Source of the DNA: Minisyncoccota bacterium
Lineage (GTDB): Bacteria > Patescibacteriota > Minisyncoccia > Phycocordibacterales > JABAAK01
Direction: 5' to 3'
Length of the DNA stretch: 64,000 nucleotides
NCBI GenBank assembly: GCA_958295675.1
Contig: OY282360.1
Span: 52,133 to 116,132, forward strand
Notes under the pieces: model-generated
Database searches by the model: none
What the model saw: only the letters and a program-made list of their open reading frames with translations
Told to the model about the DNA's origin: nothing
Part shown: in pieces, positions 10,574-20,690 of the stretch
How the letters are laid out: every line of letters begins with the position of its first letter
Position numbering within the stretch: position 1 is the first letter of the stretch
Program-made: the position numbers and the translations under genes

Positions 10574-11083
10574 CTAATTTTTCAGCAACATCTTCGATAT
10601 TTCCCGTACCCGCAGAAACCACACAAAAAATGTCCAAAATGTAAAGCCGCCGACGAACGGCAATGATTCCACGAAAAAAACAAGAAGTCCGATAATACAA
10701 TCAAGCAGTGTGTAACTGCCTTTTGGTGTGGCGAGTACAATACTGAGAAATATACACAGCACGATGAGAGAAATGACAAAATGCAAGGTATACACACCAA
10801 GAGATGCACTTATAATAACCTCACCGGCTCGCTCTATATGCTCACCAACTTGCTCTATACTCTCAATCTTAAAATTAAAAAGCCAGTTCAGAGCATTGTT
10901 CACAACCTCGCCAAGCTTGCTCACAAGCTTGCCTACACCCTCAACAATGATACCTCCAGCAGCACCGATTGTTGCAGGCACTGCCGCCACAACCTGAAGA
11001 TTTAAAAAAACAACACCTATTGAATCAGCAATTGCAGCAATGCCGGTAAAAAAGAGCAGCGACATGGAAAGAGGTTTCTTCAT
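10574..11083 (-). CDS. Polytopic small membrane protein, translationally coupled to VirB4
   Basis: 169 aa, ~4 TM segments; start overlaps VirB4 stop by 4 nt (ATGA). Confidence 0.55.
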   Translation of the reverse strand: MKKPLSMSLLFFTGIAAIADSIGVVFLNLQVVAAVPATIGAAGGIIVEGVGKLVSKLGEVVNNALNWLFNFKIESIEQVGEHIERAGEVIISASLGVYTLHFVISLIVLCIFLSIVLATPKGSYTLLDCIIGLLVFFVESLPFVGGFTFWTFFVWFLRVREISKMLLKN

Positions 11084-12948
11084 ACCGTTTCCTGTTCATG
11101 GACAACAGGCGAGTCAGAGGTTTGGCTTTCAGGCGCACCTCCAATTTCTTCTTTCTTTGCCGCGGACTGTTGCGCCAACACCTGTGACGGATCGGAGGTG
11201 ATTATTTTATCTTCCGTCAGCGATGCGATTATTTTTATAGCAACCCTTTTAAGTCCGGCAATAAAAAGACCCTCGCCGAGACCTGCCTCTAAAAGCAGAT
11301 ATTTTTCATTATCAGTCAGGTTAAAAATCTCCTGTATTAAATCTATAGAAGTCGCCGATTGGCGCAGAAGCAGCACAAGTGATGCATTGTTCAATATTGG
11401 TTTCCCATATTTTGACCGAAGAAAGTCACTCACATCCTGTGTAATAGTACCGACACCGAGATAGTACTTTCTGCCCCGCTTCACAAGACCGAACAAAAAT
11501 GCCGCGGTATCATCCGATTGCATCATAATCCACGCTTCATCAACAACAAGCAGTCGTTTCTTCAGATTTTTTCGGACATTATTCCATATAAATCGGGTAA
11601 TAATATACATCGCCGCGGTTTTCAATTCGTCTTCCATATCACGAATTGAGAAGACGACAAACTGCTTGTCCATATCAACATTGGTCGGCTGGTTGATAAA
11701 ACCGGCCCACGAGCCGCTGGTATACCTGTCCAATCGCTCCGCAAGTTCTTCTCCGCCGTCAATGCCGGCAAGCACAAGCGCAAAATCAGACAAGAGAGGC
11801 GGCTCCATATTGCCGAACTCGCCGGACGGAGTGATGTCTTTCAACGCGTATGTTTCTCTGATGGCGCGGTCAACAATTGATTCTTCTTCCTGAGTTAAGC
11901 TGCCGAGCAGAACCCGGAAAAGACCTATAAGATTGATAATCGCACTCCGCAGTACATCGGCGGGGTTCTCATCCTCACCGACAGACGGCAAATCAAACGG
12001 ATTGATATGGTGGTGTGAATTAAGTGAGACATTAAAATACCTGCCTCCGGTTGCCTGCGCAAGCCGTTCAAACTCTTTTTCCGGATCTATAATAATAACA
12101 TTAGTGCCCACCATGAGTGATCGCAGCACTTCAAGTTTCATCGCGTATGATTTTCCCGCTCCAGATGTGGCGAATGTGACGGAGTTGTAGTTCGGCAGTG
12201 AGAAACGGTCAAACAGAATGAGAGATGCATTGTGTTCGTTAATGCCGTACAAGATACCTTTCTCAGACGATAAATCAAACGATACAAACGGGAACAAGCT
12301 CGCTAATGGTTCCGAATTTAATTTTGTGTGTATGGCGAGCAAATCAGTCCCGAAAGGACTGGTACTCCGGAATCCTTGTTCCTGCTGAAAGACGGTCGGC
12401 TTGACGAAAATAAGCCGCCCCTCAAGAATGGAGCGGACATCTTTCTCCACCTCATCAATTTCCTCAAGGTTTTCACCATAAATAGTGATATAAACACCAA
12501 CCTCAAACAGGCGTTCTGTCGCTTGCTGTATATTTGACCGCAAGGTCTCAAGGTCCTGATGAGCGGTATCTAGCTTCGGGTCACGCACCATTCCTTTCCG
12601 TTCCCGCTCAATAATCTGGCTTTCAACCTGCGCAACCTTTCTTCTGAATTTTCTCAGCACATCCTTTGATTCCATAGGGTGTATGTAAATAGCGATATCA
12701 AACTCCTTATTCATATTGATAATCGGAGAAAACCAGCCCTCATTGAGAAAACGCGGGTATGACACGATAGCGAAAGAGCGAACCACCTTATTGCCGAGAG
12801 AGATATTTTTTGGCGTAACCTGTATCGCTGCCGGAGCGATAACATCACGCAATCCGATGCTTGCCTGATCAAAAGATTCATGCGGAATGAAATGATCAAG
12901 GTCATTTTCTTCTTCCCTTCCTTTTTTTAAATTACTCAATAGACCCAT
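11080..12948 (-). CDS. VirB4/TraE/ConE-type type IV secretion ATPase, C-terminal 622 aa segment
   Basis: Walker A TSGAGKSYAMK, Walker B RLLVVDEAW; continuous in frame with upstream ORF across a single TAA. Confidence 0.85.
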   Translation of the reverse strand: MGLLSNLKKGREEENDLDHFIPHESFDQASIGLRDVIAPAAIQVTPKNISLGNKVVRSFAIVSYPRFLNEGWFSPIINMNKEFDIAIYIHPMESKDVLRKFRRKVAQVESQIIERERKGMVRDPKLDTAHQDLETLRSNIQQATERLFEVGVYITIYGENLEEIDEVEKDVRSILEGRLIFVKPTVFQQEQGFRSTSPFGTDLLAIHTKLNSEPLASLFPFVSFDLSSEKGILYGINEHNASLILFDRFSLPNYNSVTFATSGAGKSYAMKLEVLRSLMVGTNVIIIDPEKEFERLAQATGGRYFNVSLNSHHHINPFDLPSVGEDENPADVLRSAIINLIGLFRVLLGSLTQEEESIVDRAIRETYALKDITPSGEFGNMEPPLLSDFALVLAGIDGGEELAERLDRYTSGSWAGFINQPTNVDMDKQFVVFSIRDMEDELKTAAMYIITRFIWNNVRKNLKKRLLVVDEAWIMMQSDDTAAFLFGLVKRGRKYYLGVGTITQDVSDFLRSKYGKPILNNASLVLLLRQSATSIDLIQEIFNLTDNEKYLLLEAGLGEGLFIAGLKRVAIKIIASLTEDKIITSDPSQVLAQQSAAKKEEIGGAPESQTSDSPVVHEQETV

Positions 12949-12954
12949 ACGATG

Positions 12955-13566
12955 TTAGTATACCGCAGGCGGTGCTTGCGTGTCCCCAGGGTTAAATGTT
13001 TGATACAACAATTCGGTCACCTCTTCGGTGCCCAGCTGCACAGCACGCAGACCGAGAGAGCGAATATTGTTCTGTATGAAACCGACCCGCTGCAGCAGTT
13101 GTCCTTGCTGTTCCTCAAACTGCTTCTCTTTTTGTGTTTCAGTTTTTTTGAAGATTTGCAATCCACCTTTCCCTTTTGACTGCACCGGAGAGTAAGTAAC
13201 AATCACAAAGAATTGTTTGGTCATTATTTCATTCTGGTCGGTGAAATCTTTTATAAAATTAATGTATTCCTTTGTTTGCAGGCGAAGCAATTCATTCCCT
13301 TGTTTGTCATGAAGATCCTGCAGAAACTGAAGGTACGGCTTTATATTCAACCGTCTGGACTGTATAAGCACTTGAATACCAACCTCAAGAGAATTAAGCA
13401 GTGACTGAAATTGATACAGAATTGCCTCCCGCTCCGTTTCAGATTTTAAGTTAAAATTAAGAGCGGATACAAGCACAATTGCGCACAATACACCATCCTC
13501 ACGGACAATAATACCATCCTGTATCTCTCTGACAGGTACGAATGATTGTGTGGTGCTGTTTGTCAT
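12955..13566 (-). CDS. VirB4 N-terminal domain segment (203 aa), ends at an in-frame TAA 6 nt before the ATPase segment
   Basis: PVREIQDGIIVREDG…ALNFNLKSE resembles the N-terminus of Gram-positive-type VirB4 (ConE/TcpF/Orf16); same frame as 11080..12948. Confidence 0.7.
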   Translation of the reverse strand: MTNSTTQSFVPVREIQDGIIVREDGVLCAIVLVSALNFNLKSETEREAILYQFQSLLNSLEVGIQVLIQSRRLNIKPYLQFLQDLHDKQGNELLRLQTKEYINFIKDFTDQNEIMTKQFFVIVTYSPVQSKGKGGLQIFKKTETQKEKQFEEQQGQLLQRVGFIQNNIRSLGLRAVQLGTEEVTELLYQTFNPGDTQAPPAVY

Positions 13567-14000
13567 ATAGTTACTTCAATATCATCATCAGGAGCATCGT
13601 CAAACATAAGGTTAGTATTCAGATCATTCACTTTATTTGAATCATGAGTGGCCGCGCTTGACACATCTTCCGAGGTGCTTTGCCGCATTTTCCGTTCCAC
13701 ATATTTTTCATTTCCTTCCTTTTTCCACACATACATTTTTTTGCCGGTAAAAAAACGGATTATTGACTGCAGTACAACTGAGAACGGCTGATTGTTAAAA
13801 TTGAAAAACGCAAGCAATCCCGCGAGGAGCGCGACAGGGGACCCCAAAAACAAGGCGGGCAAGAAACCACCGGCAAAAAAGAAAAGAAATATCATAAAAC
13901 CACCCGCACCGCCGAGATACAACAACTGTTTAAAACTGAGCCCGAAGATGATAGTATCGGAAACATCCAAACTTTGCGGAACTTGAAAGCGCATACGCAC
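13563..14000 (-). CDS. PrgI/VirB3-like small membrane protein
   Basis: 145 aa, two adjacent TM helices, sits immediately upstream of VirB4 with 4-nt overlap, as VirB3/PrgI does in conjugation loci. Confidence 0.55.
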   Translation of the reverse strand: MRMRFQVPQSLDVSDTIIFGLSFKQLLYLGGAGGFMIFLFFFAGGFLPALFLGSPVALLAGLLAFFNFNNQPFSVVLQSIIRFFTGKKMYVWKKEGNEKYVERKMRQSTSEDVSSAATHDSNKVNDLNTNLMFDDAPDDDIEVTI

Positions 14001-14083
14001 ACAGTATACAACATATCAACAGCGCAAGACCAAACTCACGATCAAATCATGTATTACCACCTTCGTCCGTCCGAGGTCTGCCA

Positions 14084-16549
14084 TCACTCCCTGCCGCCGG
14101 GTCGTGGTGTTCCTTTTCTTGCAGCATTTACTTCCTGCCCAAAGTTGCCGATATCTGTTATTACCGGTTGCCCACCTCCTGGCGGTTGTGCAGGAGATGT
14201 TGGTGTTGTTGTCGGTGGTGGTGTTGTCGGTGGCGGCGTTGTCGGTGGTGGTGTTGGTGACCCACCACCACCTGCTAATATTTTTTCTGCCCTCCTCTTC
14301 ATATTTGGTTTTACATTAGGGTGTTTTTCAATAATTTCTGCTTGATAACGCGGTACTGTCGGACGGTTAAGAACAGTGTTCATAACACCAGTATTATTTG
14401 TATCCCCATCCATTGCACCCTTAATCATTTGTTTAAATTTCTCTTCCCCTTTTTCTCCACCGTCCTTCATCGTCTGACTTTGATTGAGAATATCATTGAT
14501 AACAGCACCACTTGCTTTTTTAACAAGTTTTTCAAACATTTCATCATATTGAGGTGCGGCAATATCACCGGGCACTTTTTTAACAATCTCAGATCGCAAT
14601 TTCATATTTTTATCCCCTGCGTAACTATTCAGAACATCAACATATGACCCTTCGTTATCATTCATATCTTCAATATTTTTCTCAATCTTCGCTTCCTCTG
14701 TTTTCATTCTCCTGATATCTTTTTCAATATTTGCCCTTCTGCTTGCTTTTTCAGGTTCTGTGATGTTTCGCGTGTTAAGATTCCTGATCATTTCCTCCGC
14801 TTGTCTTATATTTTCTTGAACTCCACTGAGTTCCTCATTCTCTTTGTTTCTCTCCTTATCATTTTCTTTAAGGTATGATATGGTCCCGTTAATGGATTTG
14901 ATCTGCTCTTTCTCATCAAGTTTTGCCGGCTCATATACCGATTGTTTTTGAATATTTTCCCTCGCCGCATTTCGGATAGCGATGTCAAGTTTCCCGTCAT
15001 CTGTTATTTTTTTCAAAGTTCTGGTCGAAGTATTTTTATTATTTGCAATCGCCTTCCAAGTCGCCTCATCTTTTTTGGCACCCTTTTCATTACCTTTTTT
15101 GAGACCTTGTTTAAGTATATTTAGTTGAGCCGCACTCAAGGTGTCGTTGGCGGCAAGAGTGGATCCGAAGCCGTTCTCTTTCAGATGTCTTACCTCTCTA
15201 TCCAAAAGTCCCGATGATTTGGCAAGTTTCATCTTCTCATCATATGTGCCGTCAACAACATCAGACCACCTTTCTCTCTGCTCGTTTCGCGTAGCGCGTA
15301 GTTCCTGTATACCTTTTTTCGCCTCTGGAGTGATTTTCTTCCCCCCGAGCACATCCTTGGCGACAGCGGTGTACGCTTTTCCGGTTCTATTGAGGTTTCG
15401 GAATGTTCGCCCCAAAAAAGCTCCCGCTCCAACCCCCACTCCGGTCTTTTGAGCAATCTTACCAAGAGTATTGCTCACGCGACCTGCCGGCAACATTCCC
15501 GCAACATTGCGGGCGATACCGAAGGATGCGCGACCAACAATACCTGCGCCTCGGGGCGAAACAAACTTGCGCAAGTGTTTACCAATCTCAAACTTGCCAA
15601 TCTTTATACTACTGACAATGCGACCCACATAGAAAATGCCGAAGATAAACACAATACTCACAATACACAATTCAACAAGAAATGCTTCAGTATTCGATGC
15701 ATTGTCCTTGAGTATCTTGTTGTTCGCTGTAGCGAATATGTTAAATATAATCAAAAAGCCAAAAATAAGCATGACCGGGGTCAGCAATGCCCTTCTGAAC
15801 ATGTCCTGCCATGTCTCAAAGAACTGCGCGATCATCTTAACACCCGGCGCCTCACGCACCTCTTTGGTAAAAAACCCTAAAAATGCAAGGGGTGATGAGA
15901 TGACCAATAAGATGGCGAGTATAAATCGTTCAATAAGCAGAATGGCAAACCACACAAAACCAAATGAAACAAAAAAGGTTGTAATAGCACCGATTGTTTG
16001 ATAAAGAAATCTCCATAATCCTGACTCAAATACGCCATCCAACCCCTCTTGAGTAGTAAAAAGACCTGTTTGCATAAGATGCTCAATCTCCACCACAGAG
16101 AGAACAGCAATAAACAGAGCGTTTGAAATGTCAAATAACGCTAACACAAAAAAAGCACTGAAGTTTACAAGCAGCGCCACCGCAAGCAGACCAAGTAAAA
16201 TTTTCTTGTTTCTCTCCCAATTTCCGAAAAGCGTGGTTATGGCGGTCAATATAAAGAACACCACAATGAGTAAATTGACGATATCCCGCACCGTCTGCCA
16301 AACGGGCTGCAATCCCAAATCTGTGGTCCAAAAATCGGCAAAATCAAGAATTGTGTACTGAATAACAAACAAAAAAAGTTTTATGCACAAGGCGAAAAAT
16401 CCATTGGCAGCATCCAATAATGCTGAACCCAACATATTACCGATTGCATTAAAAATAGCATATACCTCTATCGGGAATAATATTAACAGCAGCACAAAAA
16501 AGAGAAGCACTCTCAATATTGGTATGTTTTTTTGAAAAGATGTGCGCAT
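14084..16549 (-). CDS. VirB6/TrbL-like polytopic membrane protein with long coiled-coil and Pro/Thr-rich C-terminal tail
   Basis: 821 aa; ~8 TM segments in N-terminal 330 aa; C-terminal ~480 aa hydrophilic, K/E-rich, ending PTPPPTTPPPTTPPPTTTPTSPAQPPGGGQP. Confidence 0.6.
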   Translation of the reverse strand: MRTSFQKNIPILRVLLFFVLLLILFPIEVYAIFNAIGNMLGSALLDAANGFFALCIKLFLFVIQYTILDFADFWTTDLGLQPVWQTVRDIVNLLIVVFFILTAITTLFGNWERNKKILLGLLAVALLVNFSAFFVLALFDISNALFIAVLSVVEIEHLMQTGLFTTQEGLDGVFESGLWRFLYQTIGAITTFFVSFGFVWFAILLIERFILAILLVISSPLAFLGFFTKEVREAPGVKMIAQFFETWQDMFRRALLTPVMLIFGFLIIFNIFATANNKILKDNASNTEAFLVELCIVSIVFIFGIFYVGRIVSSIKIGKFEIGKHLRKFVSPRGAGIVGRASFGIARNVAGMLPAGRVSNTLGKIAQKTGVGVGAGAFLGRTFRNLNRTGKAYTAVAKDVLGGKKITPEAKKGIQELRATRNEQRERWSDVVDGTYDEKMKLAKSSGLLDREVRHLKENGFGSTLAANDTLSAAQLNILKQGLKKGNEKGAKKDEATWKAIANNKNTSTRTLKKITDDGKLDIAIRNAARENIQKQSVYEPAKLDEKEQIKSINGTISYLKENDKERNKENEELSGVQENIRQAEEMIRNLNTRNITEPEKASRRANIEKDIRRMKTEEAKIEKNIEDMNDNEGSYVDVLNSYAGDKNMKLRSEIVKKVPGDIAAPQYDEMFEKLVKKASGAVINDILNQSQTMKDGGEKGEEKFKQMIKGAMDGDTNNTGVMNTVLNRPTVPRYQAEIIEKHPNVKPNMKRRAEKILAGGGGSPTPPPTTPPPTTPPPTTTPTSPAQPPGGGQPVITDIGNFGQEVNAARKGTPRPGGRE
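14196..14280. repeat. Short tandem DNA repeat (GGTGGTGGTGTTGTCGGTGG units) encoding a PPTTPPPTT low-complexity tail
   Basis: Directly visible triplicated ~27-nt unit within the VirB6-like gene. Confidence 0.6.
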
Positions 16550-16557
16550 ACTCTATA

Positions 16558-18186
16558 TTACTCAAAAAACAACAGAATGTACTCCGGAGGAAGAGATTTT
16601 TGAATTCTGGTAATTGAATCGGTCATCTCCTTTTCTATTTTACCTCGGAACACACCGGCATTCCGATAGAGTGCGCGGGCATCTGATGCACTCAAATCCT
16701 TCCAAGTTCTCGTCAAGGCACTCAGATCGTTTTCTCCGACAAACACTCTTCCGAGTGAACTATATGCCTCCGAACGCCGCTGAGCCGCGGCGAAATCATA
16801 ATTCTCAAAATCGATTGATGGGGGTGTCAACGCCTGCTGTGCGGATGATGTCGGAAGAGTAACCTGTCCGGCATGTCCGAGCGCAAACAGGAGGTAAGCA
16901 ACCTCTTCTGTTTTTTGCGGCACGGTGTTTAGCATCAATGTAACTGCATTCCCAAAATCATTCAATGTGCAGTTTGTTTTGTATTTACCGGAGACAACCG
17001 GCGGTACCGGCGGATAGTGCCTTCCCAAACATGTCCGATCAGTCTCGTTCTCAAGGCATACAAACCTCCCTGTCTGACCCAATGTGGTAATATTCCTAAT
17101 TTCCGAAGAGGAATAGTGTCGTGCTGAACACTGCGCTTCCTCTTCTCCTTCATGGCACCCCATCTCTTGTGTTGTACATACTTCAGTTTCTGCGTTTTCC
17201 GCGCATACTCGCACATAGTTAACAAAACATCCGGGAAGAAAATCAAGGTCGTTGCGGTTTTGTACAAAAACACGCGCTGTTCCTGATCCAAAGGCGCGCC
17301 GCGTTGTTTCTTCAACCACCTGTCTCAATGAAATGCCCTGATAAAGAGATCTTTGTCCATCTTCACTCCTTTGTATATGCGTTTGATATCCGTTGAGAGA
17401 ACCGCCGTTCCCATAATCCTCATAAGTACCGACAAGTTCAATATATGCCTTTGCGGTTGTTTCATACACACCCTTCATGATAGACAGTCGACTCCGGTCT
17501 GTTTTCAATCCGCACCACGAATCAATAAACGGAGCGCGCTGTAGGTAGGAAGAGGGTCGTTTGATCATGTCAATAAGCTTCGCTCCTCCTCTGTATTGTT
17601 TGATCGCGCCGTCATGCACACCGATAAGATTGTTTTCCGGTCGGAGCACCGGTGTAGTTACAGTAAGATGTTCGGCAGAATCAAGCAGGGGTTCAGCAAC
17701 GCCATTTTGTGAATTCAAGGGGTTTTGATTCGTAACTGTGGCGATTGAAGAGGTCGCGCAGTTAATAGCAGAATCTGCCGTAAACAATAAAGTGTTCGGC
17801 ATTAATAAGGACGGAGTTCTGATATTTTTTAATATATATGAAAAAAGTGTGCTTCCGTCCCGAATAAGGATGTCGGCGACCACTAGTTCCATATATGTTT
17901 TGTTAAAAGAAACGCCGTTGAGTAAATTGACATCTTGCCCTATCCCTGCATTTCGGTTTATTGCTGTTTGTTCCGATGATATCCTCGGAATTTGTTCAAT
18001 ATAACTTCTGATACGGTCAATCTGCTGCTGTCGCTGTTTGATTTTTTGAGCAATTTGATCAATACTCAATTCACTTTTGCGGATGGTTTGAGCTGATACA
18101 GCATTATACTGACAAGAAACAAGAATAAAAAACAGAAAGAAAGCAAGAAAGATAAGGTGCGTGATTTTTGTTACATATATCGTCAT
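16558..18186 (-). CDS. Secreted Cys-containing hypothetical protein
   Basis: ~542 aa from ATG at 18186; signal anchor LIFLAFFLFFILVSCQ; multiple Cys in the C-terminal half. Confidence 0.55.
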   Translation of the reverse strand: MTIYVTKITHLIFLAFFLFFILVSCQYNAVSAQTIRKSELSIDQIAQKIKQRQQQIDRIRSYIEQIPRISSEQTAINRNAGIGQDVNLLNGVSFNKTYMELVVADILIRDGSTLFSYILKNIRTPSLLMPNTLLFTADSAINCATSSIATVTNQNPLNSQNGVAEPLLDSAEHLTVTTPVLRPENNLIGVHDGAIKQYRGGAKLIDMIKRPSSYLQRAPFIDSWCGLKTDRSRLSIMKGVYETTAKAYIELVGTYEDYGNGGSLNGYQTHIQRSEDGQRSLYQGISLRQVVEETTRRAFGSGTARVFVQNRNDLDFLPGCFVNYVRVCAENAETEVCTTQEMGCHEGEEEAQCSARHYSSSEIRNITTLGQTGRFVCLENETDRTCLGRHYPPVPPVVSGKYKTNCTLNDFGNAVTLMLNTVPQKTEEVAYLLFALGHAGQVTLPTSSAQQALTPPSIDFENYDFAAAQRRSEAYSSLGRVFVGENDLSALTRTWKDLSASDARALYRNAGVFRGKIEKEMTDSITRIQKSLPPEYILLFFE

Positions 18187-18188
18187 AC

Positions 18189-20690
18189 TTATGATTCTGA
18201 TGCACACTCTTCTCCCGCCTCTCTGATTTGTGCGCAAACATCAGAAAGGATATTTTCAACCTGAGAATGCACAAGGTTGAGATTATTCAATTCCTGCTCA
18301 AGGCGTTGTATACGATTAGTATATTCCTCATGAATGTCTTCATCTTCCTCCGTCCTCCTATCTATTCGAGATTGTTCAATCTGGGCGCGAATGTTTTCTT
18401 GCTCTTGTTCAATTTTTTCTTTCTCTGACATAAGTATGTTTCTAGATTCTCTATAACTACCAAGAAACAATGCTGCTTGACCTGTTTGGTTTGGTGTCGG
18501 GTTCTGGTTAGGATTATCATCTTGGAATTTAGTTCGAGAAGGTCTCGGCTGTTCGTCTCGAGTACCAGTCGGTCTATACTCATCACCGCTAATAGACCTG
18601 ACCAGCACACTCCCCCTTCCGTACGCTTTTCCACGTCCTTCTGTTATTGATTTTTTGATAAGACCGCCAACTGTCGCATCAACCACCTTTTGAAACACCT
18701 CACCCATCTCATCAGCTTCGGTAACCGGTTCAATCTGCAGATCTATAAACTTTTCCGCTCGATTGTTTATATTTTGTGCTGTTTGGTTAATTCTACAGCG
18801 AAGAAGATTTATTCTTGCCTCAGCACTATCTGTCTCACCAACCTCTTTCACTTCATCCGTGCAATCAAAAGCGGCGAGTGTGTCATCTTCAGCAAGGTTT
18901 GTGGAGCCGGGTGTTTGTTCGCCAATTTCTCTTGCGATCTCGTCAACTCTTCTCTGTTGTATGTGTCTCTGCATACCCAGCGATCCTCCGGTTTCTGCAA
19001 CATAATGTCCGAACAGCTTTGTCGTTTGATTAATCAAATTCTGCACCTCTCTGTTAATGCTTTCTCTCGGTCTGGTTCGCGGAACAGATCCGGAAGATAT
19101 ATTCACCGCACCTGAAATATTGATATCAAAAGGATTTTCCGCAAATTCTCTTAAATTATTTTTAAAATCAGACAGGGTGCACCTTGGTCTTTGAATTTGC
19201 GGTCGGGTGTACTGGATAGAGAGAATATTGGATATGTCAATCTCCACGCCATCAATATCACAGAGAAAACCAAGACCTTCCCGCTCCAACGCATCGCCGA
19301 TCGCTCTGTCTGTAAAATCTTTCCAGAACTGATTCGGATGTGATATGAAAAGTGGTCTACCATTAAAACCATCCATTGCAAAATTTATATATTCATTAGC
19401 AATATCAGCAGCTATTTCTTTAGCCCAATTATTGATATCAATATCACTAAAGCATTCCTTAAAAATATTTGGTCCATCAAGGTTTGCAACAGAAGTTGTT
19501 GCCACGAGGTTTGCAGCCAACCCGGCTGTGACACATGCGGCCATTGGACCAATCGTCGAAAAAGCCAACCCTTTTAATGCATTCTTAACAAAGTCATCCT
19601 CTTCATAACTACCCTCCTCAAAATTAAAATTCGGTCCATCTCCCGCGCTATATTGTGGGTCACCAAAGTCCAAAGGCGGTTGTCCGTCACCGCTCGGAAA
19701 CACAATACCCGGGAAATCAGCGGGAACAGCGGTTTGGTCAAAGGGGTTGCTACCCCCTTCGGAACCAGAAGGAGTGCTGTCCGGTGCATGCCGCGCCACA
19801 CACTCTGCATCAGTTTCATTCACAAAACACACATATTGTTTGCCGTCAATGGTTCGTACTTCAAACTGCGATTCAAAGCGATGTCTCGTGAGACACTCCG
19901 CATCAGTTTCATCTTTATGGCACAGAAGTTGCTGTGTTGTACATACCCGTTCTTCACCTTCACCGACGCACACCTCAATAGATCTGTACTCTGACTGTGC
20001 CGTATGCCGCGCCACACACTCCGCATCAGTTTCATTCACAAAACACACATATTGTTTGCCGTCAATGGTTCGTACTTCAAACTGCGATTCCAAGCGATGT
20101 CTCGCGAGACATTCCGCATCAGTTTCATCTTTATGGCACAGAAGTTGCTGTGTTGTACATACCCGTTCTTCACCTTCACCGACACACACTTCAATAGCTC
20201 TGTACTCTGATTGTGCTGTATGCCGCGCCACACACTCCGCATCAGTTTCATCTGTAAAGCACATAAATTGTTTGCCGTCAATGGTTCGTACTTCAAGACG
20301 GGCCAAATTCCTTTCCCGGCACTCTTCGTCAGTTTCGTCAGTGAAACACACCAATTGCCGTGTTGTACAGAATTCCCGCCCATCGCTTTCAATGCAAATT
20401 TCCATATTTTGTACCACAGTCCCTTGTATCACGGTTCCCTGTACCACAGTCCCTTGTATTCCACCTCGAGGAATACCTATTAAAAGACCGCCGTCCGGTG
20501 TGCCGGAGGCGACACGGTCCGAAAAAGGCGTACCGGATCCTCCATCACCGCCATTGAAACCAACATTGAAAACAAGCCAACCGCCAAGCGCTAAAGAGAG
20601 CACAACAACAACTCCCAGCACAATAGAAACCAAAGCAATACCACTATTGTCAGAGAAATATTTGTTCATACACACACAGTATACTCTCAA
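18189..20690 (-). CDS. Large membrane-anchored surface protein with tandem 82-aa Cys-rich acidic repeats
   Basis: 833 aa; N-terminal TM IALVSIVLGVVVVLSLALGGWLVF; ~3.5 repeats of CFTDETDAECVARHTAQSEYR…CVGEGEERVCTTQQLLCHKDETDAEC; coiled-coil C-terminus. Confidence 0.6.
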   Translation of the reverse strand: MRVYCVCMNKYFSDNSGIALVSIVLGVVVVLSLALGGWLVFNVGFNGGDGGSGTPFSDRVASGTPDGGLLIGIPRGGIQGTVVQGTVIQGTVVQNMEICIESDGREFCTTRQLVCFTDETDEECRERNLARLEVRTIDGKQFMCFTDETDAECVARHTAQSEYRAIEVCVGEGEERVCTTQQLLCHKDETDAECLARHRLESQFEVRTIDGKQYVCFVNETDAECVARHTAQSEYRSIEVCVGEGEERVCTTQQLLCHKDETDAECLTRHRFESQFEVRTIDGKQYVCFVNETDAECVARHAPDSTPSGSEGGSNPFDQTAVPADFPGIVFPSGDGQPPLDFGDPQYSAGDGPNFNFEEGSYEEDDFVKNALKGLAFSTIGPMAACVTAGLAANLVATTSVANLDGPNIFKECFSDIDINNWAKEIAADIANEYINFAMDGFNGRPLFISHPNQFWKDFTDRAIGDALEREGLGFLCDIDGVEIDISNILSIQYTRPQIQRPRCTLSDFKNNLREFAENPFDINISGAVNISSGSVPRTRPRESINREVQNLINQTTKLFGHYVAETGGSLGMQRHIQQRRVDEIAREIGEQTPGSTNLAEDDTLAAFDCTDEVKEVGETDSAEARINLLRCRINQTAQNINNRAEKFIDLQIEPVTEADEMGEVFQKVVDATVGGLIKKSITEGRGKAYGRGSVLVRSISGDEYRPTGTRDEQPRPSRTKFQDDNPNQNPTPNQTGQAALFLGSYRESRNILMSEKEKIEQEQENIRAQIEQSRIDRRTEEDEDIHEEYTNRIQRLEQELNNLNLVHSQVENILSDVCAQIREAGEECASES
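19780..20400. repeat. Intragenic tandem repeat, 246-bp period, ~2.5 copies
   Basis: Near-identical 246-nt units visible in the DNA and as repeated 82-aa blocks in both strands' translations. Confidence 0.7.
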
